This document shows positions 48,685 to 61,207 of a DNA stretch of 64,000 nt, one piece after another. The DNA lies in the NCBI GenBank assembly GCA_047967505.1, contig CM106538.1; one strand, written 5' to 3'. The translations under genes were made by a program, and so were the position numbers. Numbering within the stretch: position 1 is the stretch's first letter; every line of letters begins with the position of its first letter. This DNA is from Dipteris shenzhenensis. Its lineage: Eukaryota. The notes below the pieces were generated by a model that saw only the letters and a list, made by a program, of their open reading frames with translations, searched no databases and had not been told where the DNA came from.

Positions 48685-49930
48685 CTGAGTGCCACTTTCT
48701 CTCTCTACAAGGATCCTCCTCTCTCCACATGGTGTCACTTTCTCTTTGTACATGGGTCCTCCTCTCTCCACATGGTGCCACTTTCTCTCTCTACATGGGT
48801 CCTCTCTGCACCTGGTGCCACTTTCTCTCTTTACATGGGTCCTCTTTTCACCCCATGCCACTTTCTCTCTCTAAGTGAGGCCTCCATTTTTCACTCCATG
48901 CGACTTTCTCTCTCTAAGTGCGACCTCCCCTTTTCACCCCGTGCCACTTTCTCTCTCTAAGTGAGGCCTCCCTTTTTCACCCCGTGCCACTTTCTCTCTA
49001 TAAGTGCGACCTCCTCTTTTCATCCCTTGCCACTTTCTCTCTCTAAGTGCGATCTCCCTTTCACTCAATGTCACATTCTCTCTCTAAGTGAGGCCTCCTC
49101 TTTTCATCCCGTGTCACTTTCTCTCTCTAATTGCGGCCTCCCCTTTTCATCACGTGTCACTTTCTCCTTCCCTTTCCACCCTCTGTCCACCCCCTACCTC
49201 TCACTTACAAACTCCTTCTCTTTTCACCCTCTGTCCACCTCTACCTCTCTCTTACAAAACCCTTCTCTTTCCACCCTATGTCCAATCCCCCACCTCTCTC
49301 TTACAAACCCCTTCTCTTTCAATCATCTGTCCACCCCCTACCTCTCTCTTACAAACTCCTTCTCTTTCAACCCTCTGTCCACCTCTACCTCTCTCTTACA
49401 AAAACCTTCCCTTTTCACCCTCTGTCCAACCCCCTACCTCTCTCTTACAAACACCTTCTCTCTCCATCCTATGTTAACCCCCCACCTCTCTCTTACAAAC
49501 CCTTCTCTTTCCACCCTATGTCTAACCCCCCATCTCTCTCTTACAAAATCCTTCTCTTTCCACCCTGTGTCTAACCCCCCACCTCTCTCTTACAAACCAC
49601 TTCTCTTTCCACCCTTTGTCACCCCCTACCTCTCTCTTACAAACTCCTCTTTCCACCCTCTATCCATCTCTACCTCTCTCTTACAAAACCCTTCCCTTTC
49701 CACTCTATGTCCAACCCTCCACCTCTCTCTTACAAAACCCTTCTCTTTCCACCCTATGTCCACCCCCACCTCTCTCTTACCAAAACCCTTCTCTTTCCAA
49801 ACTATGGCCAACCCCCCCACCTCTCTATTACAAAACTCTTCTCTTTCCACTCTCTGTCCACCCCCCACCTCTCTCTCACAAAACGCTTCTCTTTCCACCC
49901 TCTGTCCATCTCCACGTCTCTTATAAAACT
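48685..49930 (+). repeat. Two adjacent ~40-42 bp CT-rich tandem arrays after the integrase
   Basis: Array A (~48685-49165) gccactttctctctctaagtgaggcctcc...; array B (~49170-49930) ctctcttacaaaacccttctctttccaccct... Confidence 0.9.
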
Positions 49931-50529
49931 CGTCCCTTTCCACCCCATGTCACCTTGCTATATTTAGCCCTATCCCTAGCGCTCCATCCAAGTTTGGCAT
50001 ATCTTCCCCTAAGTTTAGCATCTTCTTGCTATATTTAGCATCCCCTTCTAAATTTAGCCTCTCTTTGCTAAAATTAGCACTCAATTTAGCAGTTTCTCTC
50101 CTTGCTTCCTACTATCCCTACCTTTAGCTGTGGCAAATTCCCTTTGTGGATATCTCTCCACTTATTGCAGCTACCCCTCCTCTACTATCTCCTACCTCCA
50201 TCATCTACTTCCCCTCCTCTTTTTTTCACCTTTCCGCCACCTCTGCCTGTCACCTCCTCCTCCTCACCACCTTGATCTTATTGCTCCTACTGCTGGCACC
50301 CCTCCTTGTCTCGTACAAGCACCACTCCTCTTGCGCCCTTCCTTCCAGCAGCCTCCCCCTTGGCTGCACCCTTTCATCACTCCCTCCTGTGCCCTTCCTT
50401 TCAGCAGCCTCCCCTTGGCTGTGCCCTTTCTTCACTCCCTCTTGCGCCTTCCTTACAACAGCCACCCCCTTGGCTGGGCCCTTTCCTCACCATCCCCTCT
50501 CCCTTACAAGCTACCCTCTACTGCAGCCC

Positions 50530-50990
50530 CCTCTCCCTCCTCCCTCATCGCAGCAGCCCCCCCTCCCACTCCTCCCTCTCCTTCAACACAACCCCCCCTC
50601 CGACTCCTCCCTCTCGTGCAATGCACCCCCCCTCCCACCTCTCCTTCAACGCACCCCCCCCTCCCACTCCTCCCTCTCCTGCACCGCACCCCCCCTCCCA
50701 CTCCTGCCTCTCTTGCAACGCACCCCCCCCTCCCACTCCTCCCTCTCCTGCAATGCACCCCCCCCTCCCACTCCTGCCTCTCCTGCAACACCCCCCCCCT
50801 CCCACTCGTGCCTCTCCTACAACGCACCTTCCCCTCCCACTCTTGCCTCTCCCTCAACGCATTCTGCTCCCGCCCCCCCCCCCCCCCCCCGCCCCCCTCC
50901 CACTCTTGCCTCTGCTTCAACGCAACAACAACCCCCCCCCCCCCCCCCCCCCCCCCTCCCACTCCTCCCTCAGATCAATGCAACCCCCCG
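50530..50990 (+). repeat. C-rich ~39-bp tandem repeat and poly-C runs
   Basis: cccactcctccctctcctgcaacgcacccccc-like units. Confidence 0.8.
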
Positions 50991-51380
50991 TCCCTCTCCC
51001 TCTCCTACCACTCCCCTCTTGGCTACTAATTCTTTCTCCTCTCTCCAGGCAATCTTCACACTCCTCTCCTGGGTCTCAATAGGCCCTTCGGCCATAGGCT
51101 CCTATCTTGTTGGCCTCGACATCAGCACCCCCTCTTCAGTCCTTGCCTCACCAGACCTCTTATCTTGTGGGCCTCGACATCAACACCCCCTCTTCAGTCC
51201 TTGCCTCTCCAGACCTCGACATCGACACCACCTCCTCACTCTTTGCCTCTCCATAGGGAGCATCGTTCATGCCTGCCCGTGCCCCTTTGCACAAGTACAA
51301 ACCCAAATTACCTCGAGATACTCTTCATTGACTTTCATACGGCTCGAACAGCCTGCAGAATCGGATCAGGATCACCCTCC

Positions 51381-52889
51381 ATGGCATCACCTGGCAAACG
51401 CACCGCAGATGACCAGGGTGCCGGTCCTACACCACAAAGCACTTCTAAACGCCCTCGAGCAGCTGCAGATTCATCTCCCTCCAACAAGATCACTATCATA
51501 TCATATGAGGAGCTATCCCCTTTTTCGAGTTCCTCTGATTCAGATCATGGAGGCTTTGACTATCTGCCCCCCGCAGGTACTATCAAGACACCATCCAAGG
51601 CATCTAGTGGGCAGAGTGGGCACAGTACCGGTGGCGGTGATTTGGCCCCACAAAGTACAGCTTGCGATCTTCCACCCCCTGCTTCATCTTCCTCGATCAT
51701 TCGGATGGTTTTCAAACCTTTCCTTGATCCCACACTCAAGCTGTCTAGCATCTTGTCACCTGGTGAGATAGCCCGCATGTATCTCACGGAGTTTGATGCT
51801 GTCACACTTCCCTCGGTGGACGTCCAAATGTGTACTGCGTTTATTCAGTCTTATGGCTTTGCAACAGACACATTTGGATTCTTGAATTCCCGTTATATGT
51901 TCACTCCTAGTCTCCTATCCACATATCTCCGTCTTCCCACACTCCCCTTTTTGCCACCTCACACCGACTCTTTCACATTCCTGTCCTTCTTGTTGACGTG
52001 TAAACCTCATCGCCGGGGACATGGATGCAAGAAGGTTCTTGAGGGAAACAACAAAGAGGCGCTTTTAGCGAGGTATTTGTTCACTCACTTCTACGTTGCT
52101 CCGGGACACTTCTTCATCACCAAGGTGATGCATTCTTCCCTAGACTCGATTCTCTCCGTCACTCCCTACGATTTCTCCTCACTCTTTTACTCTGCCTTTC
52201 GTAACACGGTCCGCAAGCGTCGGGGAACATATACCTGTACCTATGGGCCCCACCTCACCTTCTTACTTCACCAGTGGAAGGCCAACTCTCCTTCCATTGT
52301 CATAGGTCGCCTCCCTTCGTCATCCCTCTCCCCTCATGTCACCGCCTCTTCCATCTCTTCCACTGTCACTTTCACTCTCACTTCCCCAGTTCCTGCCTCC
52401 TCTCCTCTTTCGACAAGGAGGGCGCCTCGGCAAGCACAACTTAATGCAGTCTGCCCTGGAGCTTCTTCAGTACATTCTGTTACAAGTTCCGCATCAGTGA
52501 CATGTCTCGTATCTCCATCAATCACTTCGCCAGTGTCCATGCCCGTGCTCGGACTTGCATCTCCATCAGTCACACTTATCCAGGCTTCTCCAGGGACCTC
52601 CAGAGTTTCAGTGGGTCCAGTTGCACCAGGTACACCCCCTGTTGTACCAGTGACGAAGGGTGTTGTATCAGTGACTTCCTCGAAAAGTGTATTTTTGCGA
52701 AGGACTGTAGCTGTTTCATCTTACCTCACCACCACTTTCACCGATGCAGTCATCACCACAGTTCAGGTGACCTCTGACCATGTGTTGGACCTGAATCTTA
52801 CTCTAGGCCCTGGCTCCCACGGGCTTTCTAAGGGGCTGTCTTCTCAAGGCGTACTTCACATTTCGGCCTCCCCACCACAACCACCATAG
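51381..52889 (+). CDS. Extra 3' ORF of the Athila/Tat-like element (env-position; plant-transposon-protein-like domain plus S/T/P-rich tail)
   Basis: Open 502 codons from ATG 51381; basic NLS-like motifs (PGKR, SKRPR); globular block ...FTPSLLSTYLRLP...YDFSSLFYSAF...YGPHLTFLLHQW. Confidence 0.6.
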   Translation: MASPGKRTADDQGAGPTPQSTSKRPRAAADSSPSNKITIISYEELSPFSSSSDSDHGGFDYLPPAGTIKTPSKASSGQSGHSTGGGDLAPQSTACDLPPPASSSSIIRMVFKPFLDPTLKLSSILSPGEIARMYLTEFDAVTLPSVDVQMCTAFIQSYGFATDTFGFLNSRYMFTPSLLSTYLRLPTLPFLPPHTDSFTFLSFLLTCKPHRRGHGCKKVLEGNNKEALLARYLFTHFYVAPGHFFITKVMHSSLDSILSVTPYDFSSLFYSAFRNTVRKRRGTYTCTYGPHLTFLLHQWKANSPSIVIGRLPSSSLSPHVTASSISSTVTFTLTSPVPASSPLSTRRAPRQAQLNAVCPGASSVHSVTSSASVTCLVSPSITSPVSMPVLGLASPSVTLIQASPGTSRVSVGPVAPGTPPVVPVTKGVVSVTSSKSVFLRRTVAVSSYLTTTFTDAVITTVQVTSDHVLDLNLTLGPGSHGLSKGLSSQGVLHISASPPQPP

Positions 52890-54739
52890 GGCAGAGACAG
52901 GAGCAGAGACCGGAGTGGGAGCCCCTCCCCAGGAGATCTCCATCAACCACTTCAGCATTAGAGGAGGTATTTGAGGGAGGGAGTTTGCGCAAGTTTGCGG
53001 ATTGCCCACCCCTTCATCTAAATGATATGTTCACATCTTACATAGCTGCTTCATCAGGTCCACCGCTTTTAAATGTTTCCCTTGTGGAAAAACAGAATGA
53101 AGATTACAAAAGAATAATATATGTTCTTCACAGGAAACACTCACCAGTATGTGGGAAAGAGGAGGATCTAAATCAAATCTTCACCATTCCTTTGTAGAAA
53201 TGCCTCCCATAGAACAGGAAGACCTCGAGGGCCTCGACATGTGTGCATTTAGATCAATTGGCACTTTGTGTTTTCTTCTATGTTTGATAAGAGTTTGAGT
53301 ATCAAGTGATAGCCTAGCGGCTCTCACTTATTTCTATTTTCTAGGATATTGTATGGGATTGAGAGGATGAGTGGGATGGATCATTGTAAATACCATGTGT
53401 ATGAATAATAAATACCTCGGTATGGGGTGAGAGTTATTTGTGTATGGGATATTACGGGGTTTTTAGAAAATAGGAAGAGTGAGTCATATAAAGAGGTGGG
53501 CTCATGTCCATGTGTTCCAATAATATAAGAGAGATCACAAGCCAAGCGTGTGGGAAGAGTGTGGAGTCAAGAGGAATCCTTCTAGAATTCCTATGTCGAA
53601 TAAGGAGAATGTGGACATATGGAAAGGAGAGGGTCTCTATGGGCTCCATGTGGGGAGACTCTTGACTTTCTCAATATTTTAGAGTCTTGAGCATCTTTTG
53701 GTGGGACACATGGCAAGAGTAGCCAAAAAGAACATGGATGGTGACATATGGGCTTAGGTGATTGATGGGGAAAGGAATCTACAGGCAGCAATTGTGAATG
53801 GGTGAAGGAGGGTGATAAAATCTCTATAAAAGGAGCCCTCCTCTCCCTTATTCAACATCTCTTCCACCATTAGGCCTCATGTTGCTGTAGCTCTAGTCTC
53901 CTCAATCCTCTTCCATGAGCCTTCTCTCCCTCTTGTACATATTCTCTTATGTAGACTCTTGAGTCCATCTCTCTCTAGTTCATTCTCTCTCTATGAGTAG
54001 TCTTGGAGCTTCCGCTTCCTTTTGTACGTATGAAATCTTTTCTTCTCCCTTGTGTTTGTACTATTTTGAGTTGCATTGGAGTGGAGTCTCACTCTATTGG
54101 TAATGAAGTCACTTCAGGTTCTCTCTCTTGAGTGTCTCTTCTCTTTTTCCATTGTTTTCTCTTCCAAAGTGCTCAAAAGTGTTGTCTATTTGGCTGCTCA
54201 TTGCGCATACATGGTTTATCTATTTCCCAAGTCACAAAGGGAGCTCTTCCTTCTTTCCTAGGCGACCTCTATGGGACTTCGATTGTTGATAAAGTCTAAT
54301 CCTGGAGGTAGTATTCTCCCAAGTCGGCACCAGTAGAAGGAGTAGGTGTTTTTCATGACAGTTTGACCCCTTGTCAGTATTTTGGTCATAACTTTTCGCT
54401 CGATGGTCCGATTTGAATGAAACTTATATCAGCACGAAGCTCTCTTCAAGGAGCATCATCCTATGTCTTCAGTTATTGTATTAGATGTCTAACAAAAAAT
54501 CTATGACTCTCTGTGTGTGACTGTTTCTTTTTCAGATAGTTTTTTACCCCCGCCCAGTAAACTGCCCATATCTTTCCGATCGCTTCTTTGTTTCTTATGA
54601 AACTTGTATCAGAGCGAAGCCCATTTAAGGCACATCTCGGTAGATGTTTGAATATTTGATATCATGTCTCTAATGAAAGTTATAGGCCTCTGTGTCTAAT
54701 GACAGTTTACAGAGTGTTTTGAGCTAATTGTAAAGATAT

Positions 54740-55960
54740 CTATGAAGGAGTTGCAATGTTTCTCCGGAACCTACCCATCCGACCCAATTAGCCCCTTCAA
54801 ACTCCTCGATATACATCAGTTCGTGTCATGTTGAGCCGCAAGATCTTCTTTCAACAATGTATCGCTCTTCTCTTTGGCGCAGACCGGCTTGCTGAGATTA
54901 TGGCCTCCGCTGATCTTTTCCTTCTTGCTATGCTTGAGTACAACATCACTTGGGATGTTACCATCTTCATTCTCATATAAGGGAGGATAGTACGGTGTGG
55001 TCTCTTGGTATAAAAGCTTCTTTTTAATGTCCCTTTCCTAGTGATGAATATCTCTATTACTTAGTTCGAAAGCAATAGGAAGTGAAGAGGTGCGTAAAGT
55101 TTATTATTCCCAACTTCATGTCACAACATCTACAAGCAACTTGTCGACGGAGGAAGAGGGAGCTCTCCCTGACATGTTTGAGGAATTGGGGGACGTGATT
55201 AATTTGGCTGAAAGGATGAATTATAGCGATAGGTACGCTTGGATGAAGAGGTCCTTACATCTTGCTCAGCATATCATGGATTACACTTTCACGCAGCTGG
55301 GGACAACACTCTTTAATTCCACAGGTTATGCTCATAAGCTCCTCTCCCAGCAACAATATTTGAAGTTAGAATTTGAGAGAGCTCAAGCAGCCCACCAGCA
55401 GCGCGCCACAAAGGTGACACTTCGGCAACAGGAGGAAAGGTGGCAAAAAGAGAAGGACTCAGCTATTCACGAGCGTGACATTGCTTGAAATATTCAGCAG
55501 GCTGTCCTTGAGGATCGTCTCCATAGTCACAAGCAGGAATGGAAAGCAGAAATGACAACAGTACGCCGCCAGCATGCAGCAGCTCTTGCAACTTTGGAAA
55601 GCCAGCATGTCACAAAGGTGACTAGATTTCAGCAGGAGCTCACACAGTTAAAGGAATCATTGTCTTTCTTAGAGATTGCCCAGGAAAAATCAGAATCTAG
55701 AGTGGCTGAATTAGAAAGGAAGCGTTCATCCATGGAGGAAGAATTGATAGACCTTCGGACACAGTTGGCCACCCTTCAAATTTCCCGGTCCAGCTTGCAA
55801 GGGCAAAAGGATCATTACTACCGGTGATACCACCAGTATAAAACCGAGTATGAAAATCTGAGAAATGTGATGGACACGATTGAGGATGAGGAGGAAACAA
55901 ACTATCTAGAGCTACATATGACTGGGGCAGAGCAAATGGGTGAGCAAAAGGCCAGATAGC
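54740..55960 (+). pseudogene. Degenerate long coiled-coil ORF just before the PPT
   Basis: ORFs 55090..55488 and 55552..55827 are in one frame and are E/Q/K/L heptad-rich. Confidence 0.55.
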
Positions 55961-56669
55961 TACATACGAAGGCAGAAGAGGAGAAGGCAGAGAAGAAGGC
56001 TACTCATGACCTCCCTCAGTGATTTGATACATGGGTTTTTTTGGTTTTTTTTGCATTGTTAGATTTTTGCCAGGTTGCTTAGCTCTCAATGTAAATATCA
56101 GGGTGTTCTATCTCAGGATGTATTCAGTTTTTTTGCTGCAATTTTCTATGCTGTCCATTATCAAGCAGCAATTTATTTTCACAATTACATTTTAATATAA
56201 ATTTTGGAATTACTCGCACGGCCAGCCACATGGTGTGTAACATTTTCTTTTCTTACTCCATCACCATATCAATGGTTTGTAAGTTCTTTCTTCTTTTGAC
56301 GGGTTCCCTCCTCCATTTCTATTCACGGGGACGGTGAATGATAGTGGTAGGGAAAACTGTTACAATAGAAACACCCTTGACAACATGACGACAGGCGTTG
56401 ATCACATGACGACAGGCGTTGACCACATGACGACAGGCATTGACCACATATTGACCATGTGTCAACACAGGTCCGTCACACGACACGAGGAGTTGACCAC
56501 ACGGGTTCATCCAGGAGTACTATCCGAGGGAACCACGCATCGACACATGTCAACCACAGGTCGACCAGGACTATCATGCCCATGGCGATCTCATCGAGAG
56601 CTGCGCACATGGAGAGTGAGCTTAGCACATGGAGGAGTCAAGAGTATTTGCAGTCACACAGTGGTTTTG

Positions 56670-59070
56670 ATGAGGATTGCTAGATGGAATATTCAAGGCC
56701 TTGGTGATGTTCCTCGTTGCCACCAAAGGTGGCTGATTTGTAATCAAATTCATCTAGGTGTCATTGGGAATCTCATTGACATTATTTCTATTCAAGAACA
56801 TAAGTTGGATGGAAAGGATGTGCAAAGTCAGGTAAATTGCTTTCAGGCCATAGTTTTTTGGTCTCCTTCTGTTGGCACTAGGGGAGGAACATGCATTTCA
56901 GTTTTAAATCATTTCTCCCCTTCTGGTTGGACGTGGCATCATCACACCTTCTAGAGCTCAAGGGATTTTACTTCATGTTGGTGGACATAAGGGTGGCCTT
57001 CTCAACTTGTACGCCCTTAATAATATATGTGAACATGTCCTTTTTGGAAGGAACTTATTTCCTAGGTCCCAAGTGTAGATTCATGGATTGGTGATTCAAA
57101 ATGGTGGAGTTGCCCCTCTCTTCAGAGAGCAACTTGGATGCTTTTCTTTTCCAATTTGTTGGTAGAGATTATTATTGGATAGACGATTCTTTCTACACTC
57201 ACCTTACTCACTCCTATTTTTATGGTAGAATAGGAGACGCCAGATGCCCATCCATGCACAGGTTGATAGATTTTATAAATGACGATTAGGCATAAAATAA
57301 AAGTGGCTCTATTTTCAGTTCCCCAGGGGTTTCCACGTCGGATCACTTTCCTGTGGTTTTGATGGTTTCCGATCCTTGGTTGAGAGCCCATTTTCTACCA
57401 GTATTAGGATTCCAAATGCTTTGTATGCAGAGGAGGGATTGCAGAGGTTATGTTAAATATTTGAGTTTCTCATATGTAGGGCATGGTGCTTTCTCTTCAC
57501 ACGTGGTAGCAGCCCCTATCTGGTATTATGATATTTATCACTCTATTGCTAGTACCAAACATGAGATTTTCAGATGGGAGGTTGGTCTTCAACAATAGCT
57601 AGCAACCCTACAGAGGGAAGAGTAGAAGCGCCTTGCAAATGCCTAGTTTAAGGAGAGCTTTGTTGCAGCAAGGGCTCATAAGTATGTTCTTTTGGATCAG
57701 AGAGTGGAGTATCCTTTTCATGCATGAGAGTCATTTTGGACTCAGATGGGTGGAAGAATCAATAAACACTACCTCCCTTCTTTATGCAGATCTTGACATT
57801 CTTGCCAGAGATGATGCCAGACATTGAGTTTTGGCACATTCTAGAATTAGTGAAAACAGACATGAGAGTCTGTCTTGATATACCTTTTACCAAGTTGGAA
57901 TTTAGGATCGTGCTTTTTGCCCTTCACAAGGGCAAGTGTCTTGGATTTGATGAGTTGACCCCCTCCTTCATTTATTTTTGGGACATGATTGGGGGTCATG
58001 TCACTTTGTCTCTATAGGGTGTCTGGGACTTTTTTTGCTATGCCTGATTCACTTACAAAAGGTCTCATTGATCTTATCCCGAAGGGGGGTGCAGAAGTTT
58101 TTTTTGCCCAATGGAGCCAACACTCTTTTGTGAACTTTCTATACGATCTTGGCAGAAGCTATCAGTTTGTGATTGCAGCCTTTTCTCCCAATCTTATGCA
58201 TGATATGTAGACATATTTTGTGCATGGCCAAAGCATTTTTTATAACATTTTTTCCTTGTGGGAAGCTTCAGAGTGGGGCTATGTAGAGCGGCTGGGGGTT
58301 AGCCATTCTACTCTTGGATTTTGAGAAAGCCTATGACAGCCTAAGATCACAAAAACATGGTCATGGCTTCAGCTAGGATAAGTACAAGAAAGACTCAAGG
58401 GCGCATAGCTGTCGAACTGATCTAGGATCTGAAATTTCTCACCTTTGACCCCTCAAATAAGAAGCACCTTGCTGTGGGCTGATCTGTGCAAGGAAGAGGA
58501 CTCTTTGATCCAAGCATCTGAAAAACTAAAGCGTAGAAGATATCCTCCAAGAAACTCGAATATCCATTCAGCGACTGGCCTCCTTTTACCCAAAATTGAT
58601 GTCCTCCTTTTCATCTTGCCTTGGATTCAGAACTTAAGATTCATTCATGCCATGACTTAAAGGTTTCATGGCATATCCAAGCACTCCATAGATTGTATTA
58701 ATGCTATTGCAAGTGTTGCTTCATGTTAAAGGATTTGAATCATCAATTTGGATGGATTCCATCGATGGTGTTGAGGGTGTTTAATGATCTTATATGTAAT
58801 TCTATTCTTGTTTGAGTCTTCGCGCAAATGAGGCTTCTGTCTCTCTCCTCTATAGAATCTTCAATTTTTCTTTTGGAAAAGGAAGGGCAAGATAAGTTAG
58901 ACTGAGGCTTCCCCTGAGGGGCAGGATGAGGAGATCTTGCACAGTGAGCGTGCTGATGGCACTGCTATTTTCTTGGATGCCAGCTCTTAGACTCTCACAT
59001 CTTTCAAGACCGCCTTGGATTTATTTTGTTCTACAGCAGGTGTACATATTAATTGGAATAGATCCAATGG
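56670..59070 (+). mobile_element. Degenerate LINE family A ORF2 (EN to RT), truncating the 3' LTR
   Basis: MRIARWNIQGLG...IQEHKL, SDHFPV, LLLDFEKAYD, and GVHINWNRS near 59050. Confidence 0.8.
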
Positions 59071-59071
59071 A

Positions 59072-59652
59072 TTTTTTTTTTTTCCAAAAAAGAGACTTCT
59101 ATTAAGTAAGAAAGAAGCCCGCTAGAGCAAGCTCTGTGCGGAAATACACCATGCTAAGCATGTAATAAAAAACACCTCAGAGGAATGAGGTAGAAAGAAA
59201 CCAAGGCTGAGGCTGAAAATGCAATCTCAACCCTGTAGAAGTCTCAGCAAAGAAGGGATAGTCTCTCCAATCTCTGAGAAAAGTAACTCTCCTGGAGGAG
59301 GCTGCTCAAGATGATCCCTGCATGGTCGCCCAAATGGCCATCAGAGTGTGTATCGTATCTGTCCAAGTACTGGCCAAGATTTGAGAAGGGTGAACCTGAG
59401 AACCCTCCAAAGCCTCAGTGCATTTGGCTCTCCAAATGTGCCATGCTGCAATGCTAGCTAGGATCTCCCATGGAGAGTCGACCGAGGAGTGAGCAGCCCT
59501 GAAAAGAGTAGCCGGAACATCCTCTAGAGAGCACGACTCCACAAGGTGTCGTCGGATGTGAAGAGCCCAAGAGGAATCAAGTCTCTCAAAAAATATTTGG
59601 GGCCCTGAAAGAGTAAGCCAAGCCACTGATCCCCAGGTCATATAGAAAGGTG
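59072..59652 (-). mobile_element. LINE family A 3' fragment, interrupted by the LTR at 59653
   Basis: Poly-T 59072-59083; WEILASIAAWHIWRA... Confidence 0.85.
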
Positions 59653-61207
59653 TGTTGGGATAACTCAAGGTGTATGCCTTAGGCACACCTTATGTTTCTA
59701 TGTGTGAGTGCTAGAGGCACAGTTAGGTGCCCACAAGCACAGTTAGGTGGTGGAAAGCCACATAGGATGATTGAGAGAATCTAGGAGCAGATTGAGGAGA
59801 TGATTGTGGAGCTCTGAAGTCATTAGTGATGTCAGTGAGCATGTATGAGGTGCCTACTTAAGGACCTCACTCTTCTTCATTCTACAAGCAAGTAATGCAA
59901 GTATTCTGAGTTTGTGTCCACTCTTTCCTTTCCTTTCAGTTTACCAACATGGTATCAGAGCCCTTTGATCCCCCTTGAGCCCATTTCTGCCACATCATCT
60001 TCTTCTTCTTCATCTTCTTCTTCTCCATTTTCCTCTTTCTTCCCAAAATCTTTGAGAGCTTGGTTCTCCACCTACAGACGACCATTGCCCAAACCCTCTG
60101 AGCTGGAAACTCCTCTAGTATGGGCGAACTTCCACCTGCAAGCAATTGAAGAAAAAACGTCTGTGGTGGCTGCCATTCCCCAAACAGCGCATTTTACGCC
60201 ATTTCTTCTACTGCTCAATACTCCCTGCCTGCTCCGCCATTGCCTGAGCCCTCTTAGGAGTAGATGGGCGACCTCAAGGCGAAGATTTTGAGCCATTTTT
60301 CAGCTCATTTGGTTCAGTAACGAGGGAGAAATCGTCAAAACTCAGGTTCAGCCTGTAGCAACTCTCCCGGGCAAAAGTGCGCACCATTTCGTCCAACCTC
60401 TGTGCTGGACCCTCTCTGGTATATGAGCTTTCTTTTGCTTCAGAAAGCCCTCTTTTCCTTGCTTTGAAGAGTGAGCTACAAGCCCTTCAAGTTCAGCCTT
60501 TTAGTTTTGACAGTTTTGGACAAGTTTTTGAAGATGATGCTACATAAAATGCTACTCTAGCATTTCTGGTTTTTTGAAACTTTCAATAACTTCAGTACAA
60601 GTGTGGCTTCAGTTTTGTTTTGAATTGCTAGACCTGGTTTTGATTGGAAAGTATTCATTTTAGTCACTTCTATGAAGCATGTAAGAAGAAGCATCATTGT
60701 TTGAAATTTGGTCACAAGACTTTGCTACATTAAATGCTTATATTTTGAAGCATTTCAGTTGTTATTCTAAGCTCTGTAAGAGAGAAGACACTGCCCAATA
60801 CCTGGGTTAGACCCTCTCATGGCTTACTTATGCAAAATATGTGAAAAGCCAAAACGTAAAGCAATGTCTTGTTATGCTACAAAGGATGAAAATGCCAACC
60901 TGACTTCCTTGTTGAAGATTGCCAAAACAATGGTTGCCAAAAAGGAAGCAACTACAAAGCCAAAGATCTACCCTCTCATGGTACTTTTATTTGACTCCAA
61001 ATACAAGAAGAAGATGAAGGTCAGATACCTAAGATATGCTTCTCTACACAACTATGGAGATGACAAGATAATTGTTTTCTTGAAGGATATGATTTTCAGA
61101 TCCACTTGTTCTATCATAGTACCATCTTATAAGGCACTAGACACTGCCCATGTGGTAAGACCTTGCCTTGACATGGATATTTTGCCTCCACAAGATGAGG
61201 CATCCCA
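59653..61207 (+). mobile_element. Relative of gag-only element 2 with gag replaced by a patchwork; interrupted by a Gypsy
   Basis: LTR 59653-59949 resembles the reverse complement of the 22437 LTR; PBS tggtatcagagc 59950-59961; homologous leader; retains gggttagaccctctcATGGC and AKKEATTKP. Confidence 0.8.

Larger units (their letters stand above)
44298..56666 (+). mobile_element. Non-chromovirus Gypsy (Athila/Tat-like) element; pol deleted, 3' LTR truncated
   Basis: Direct repeat gttacaatagaaaca... at 44299 and 56359, matching ~300 bp at ~10% divergence. Purine tract before TG 56358; possible PBS TGG at 45385; gag 45439-47381; integrase tail VNGSRIKRYH near 48600. Confidence 0.8.

Noticed and set aside
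48685-49930. Regular ~40-bp array as a CRISPR-like locus
   Set aside because: Units are head-to-tail degenerate copies without unique spacers; no cas genes; eukaryotic context
50130-51082. Long Pro-rich ORFs resembling extensins or formins
   Set aside because: All three frames are open because the C-rich repeat lacks stop codons; no signal peptide or domain
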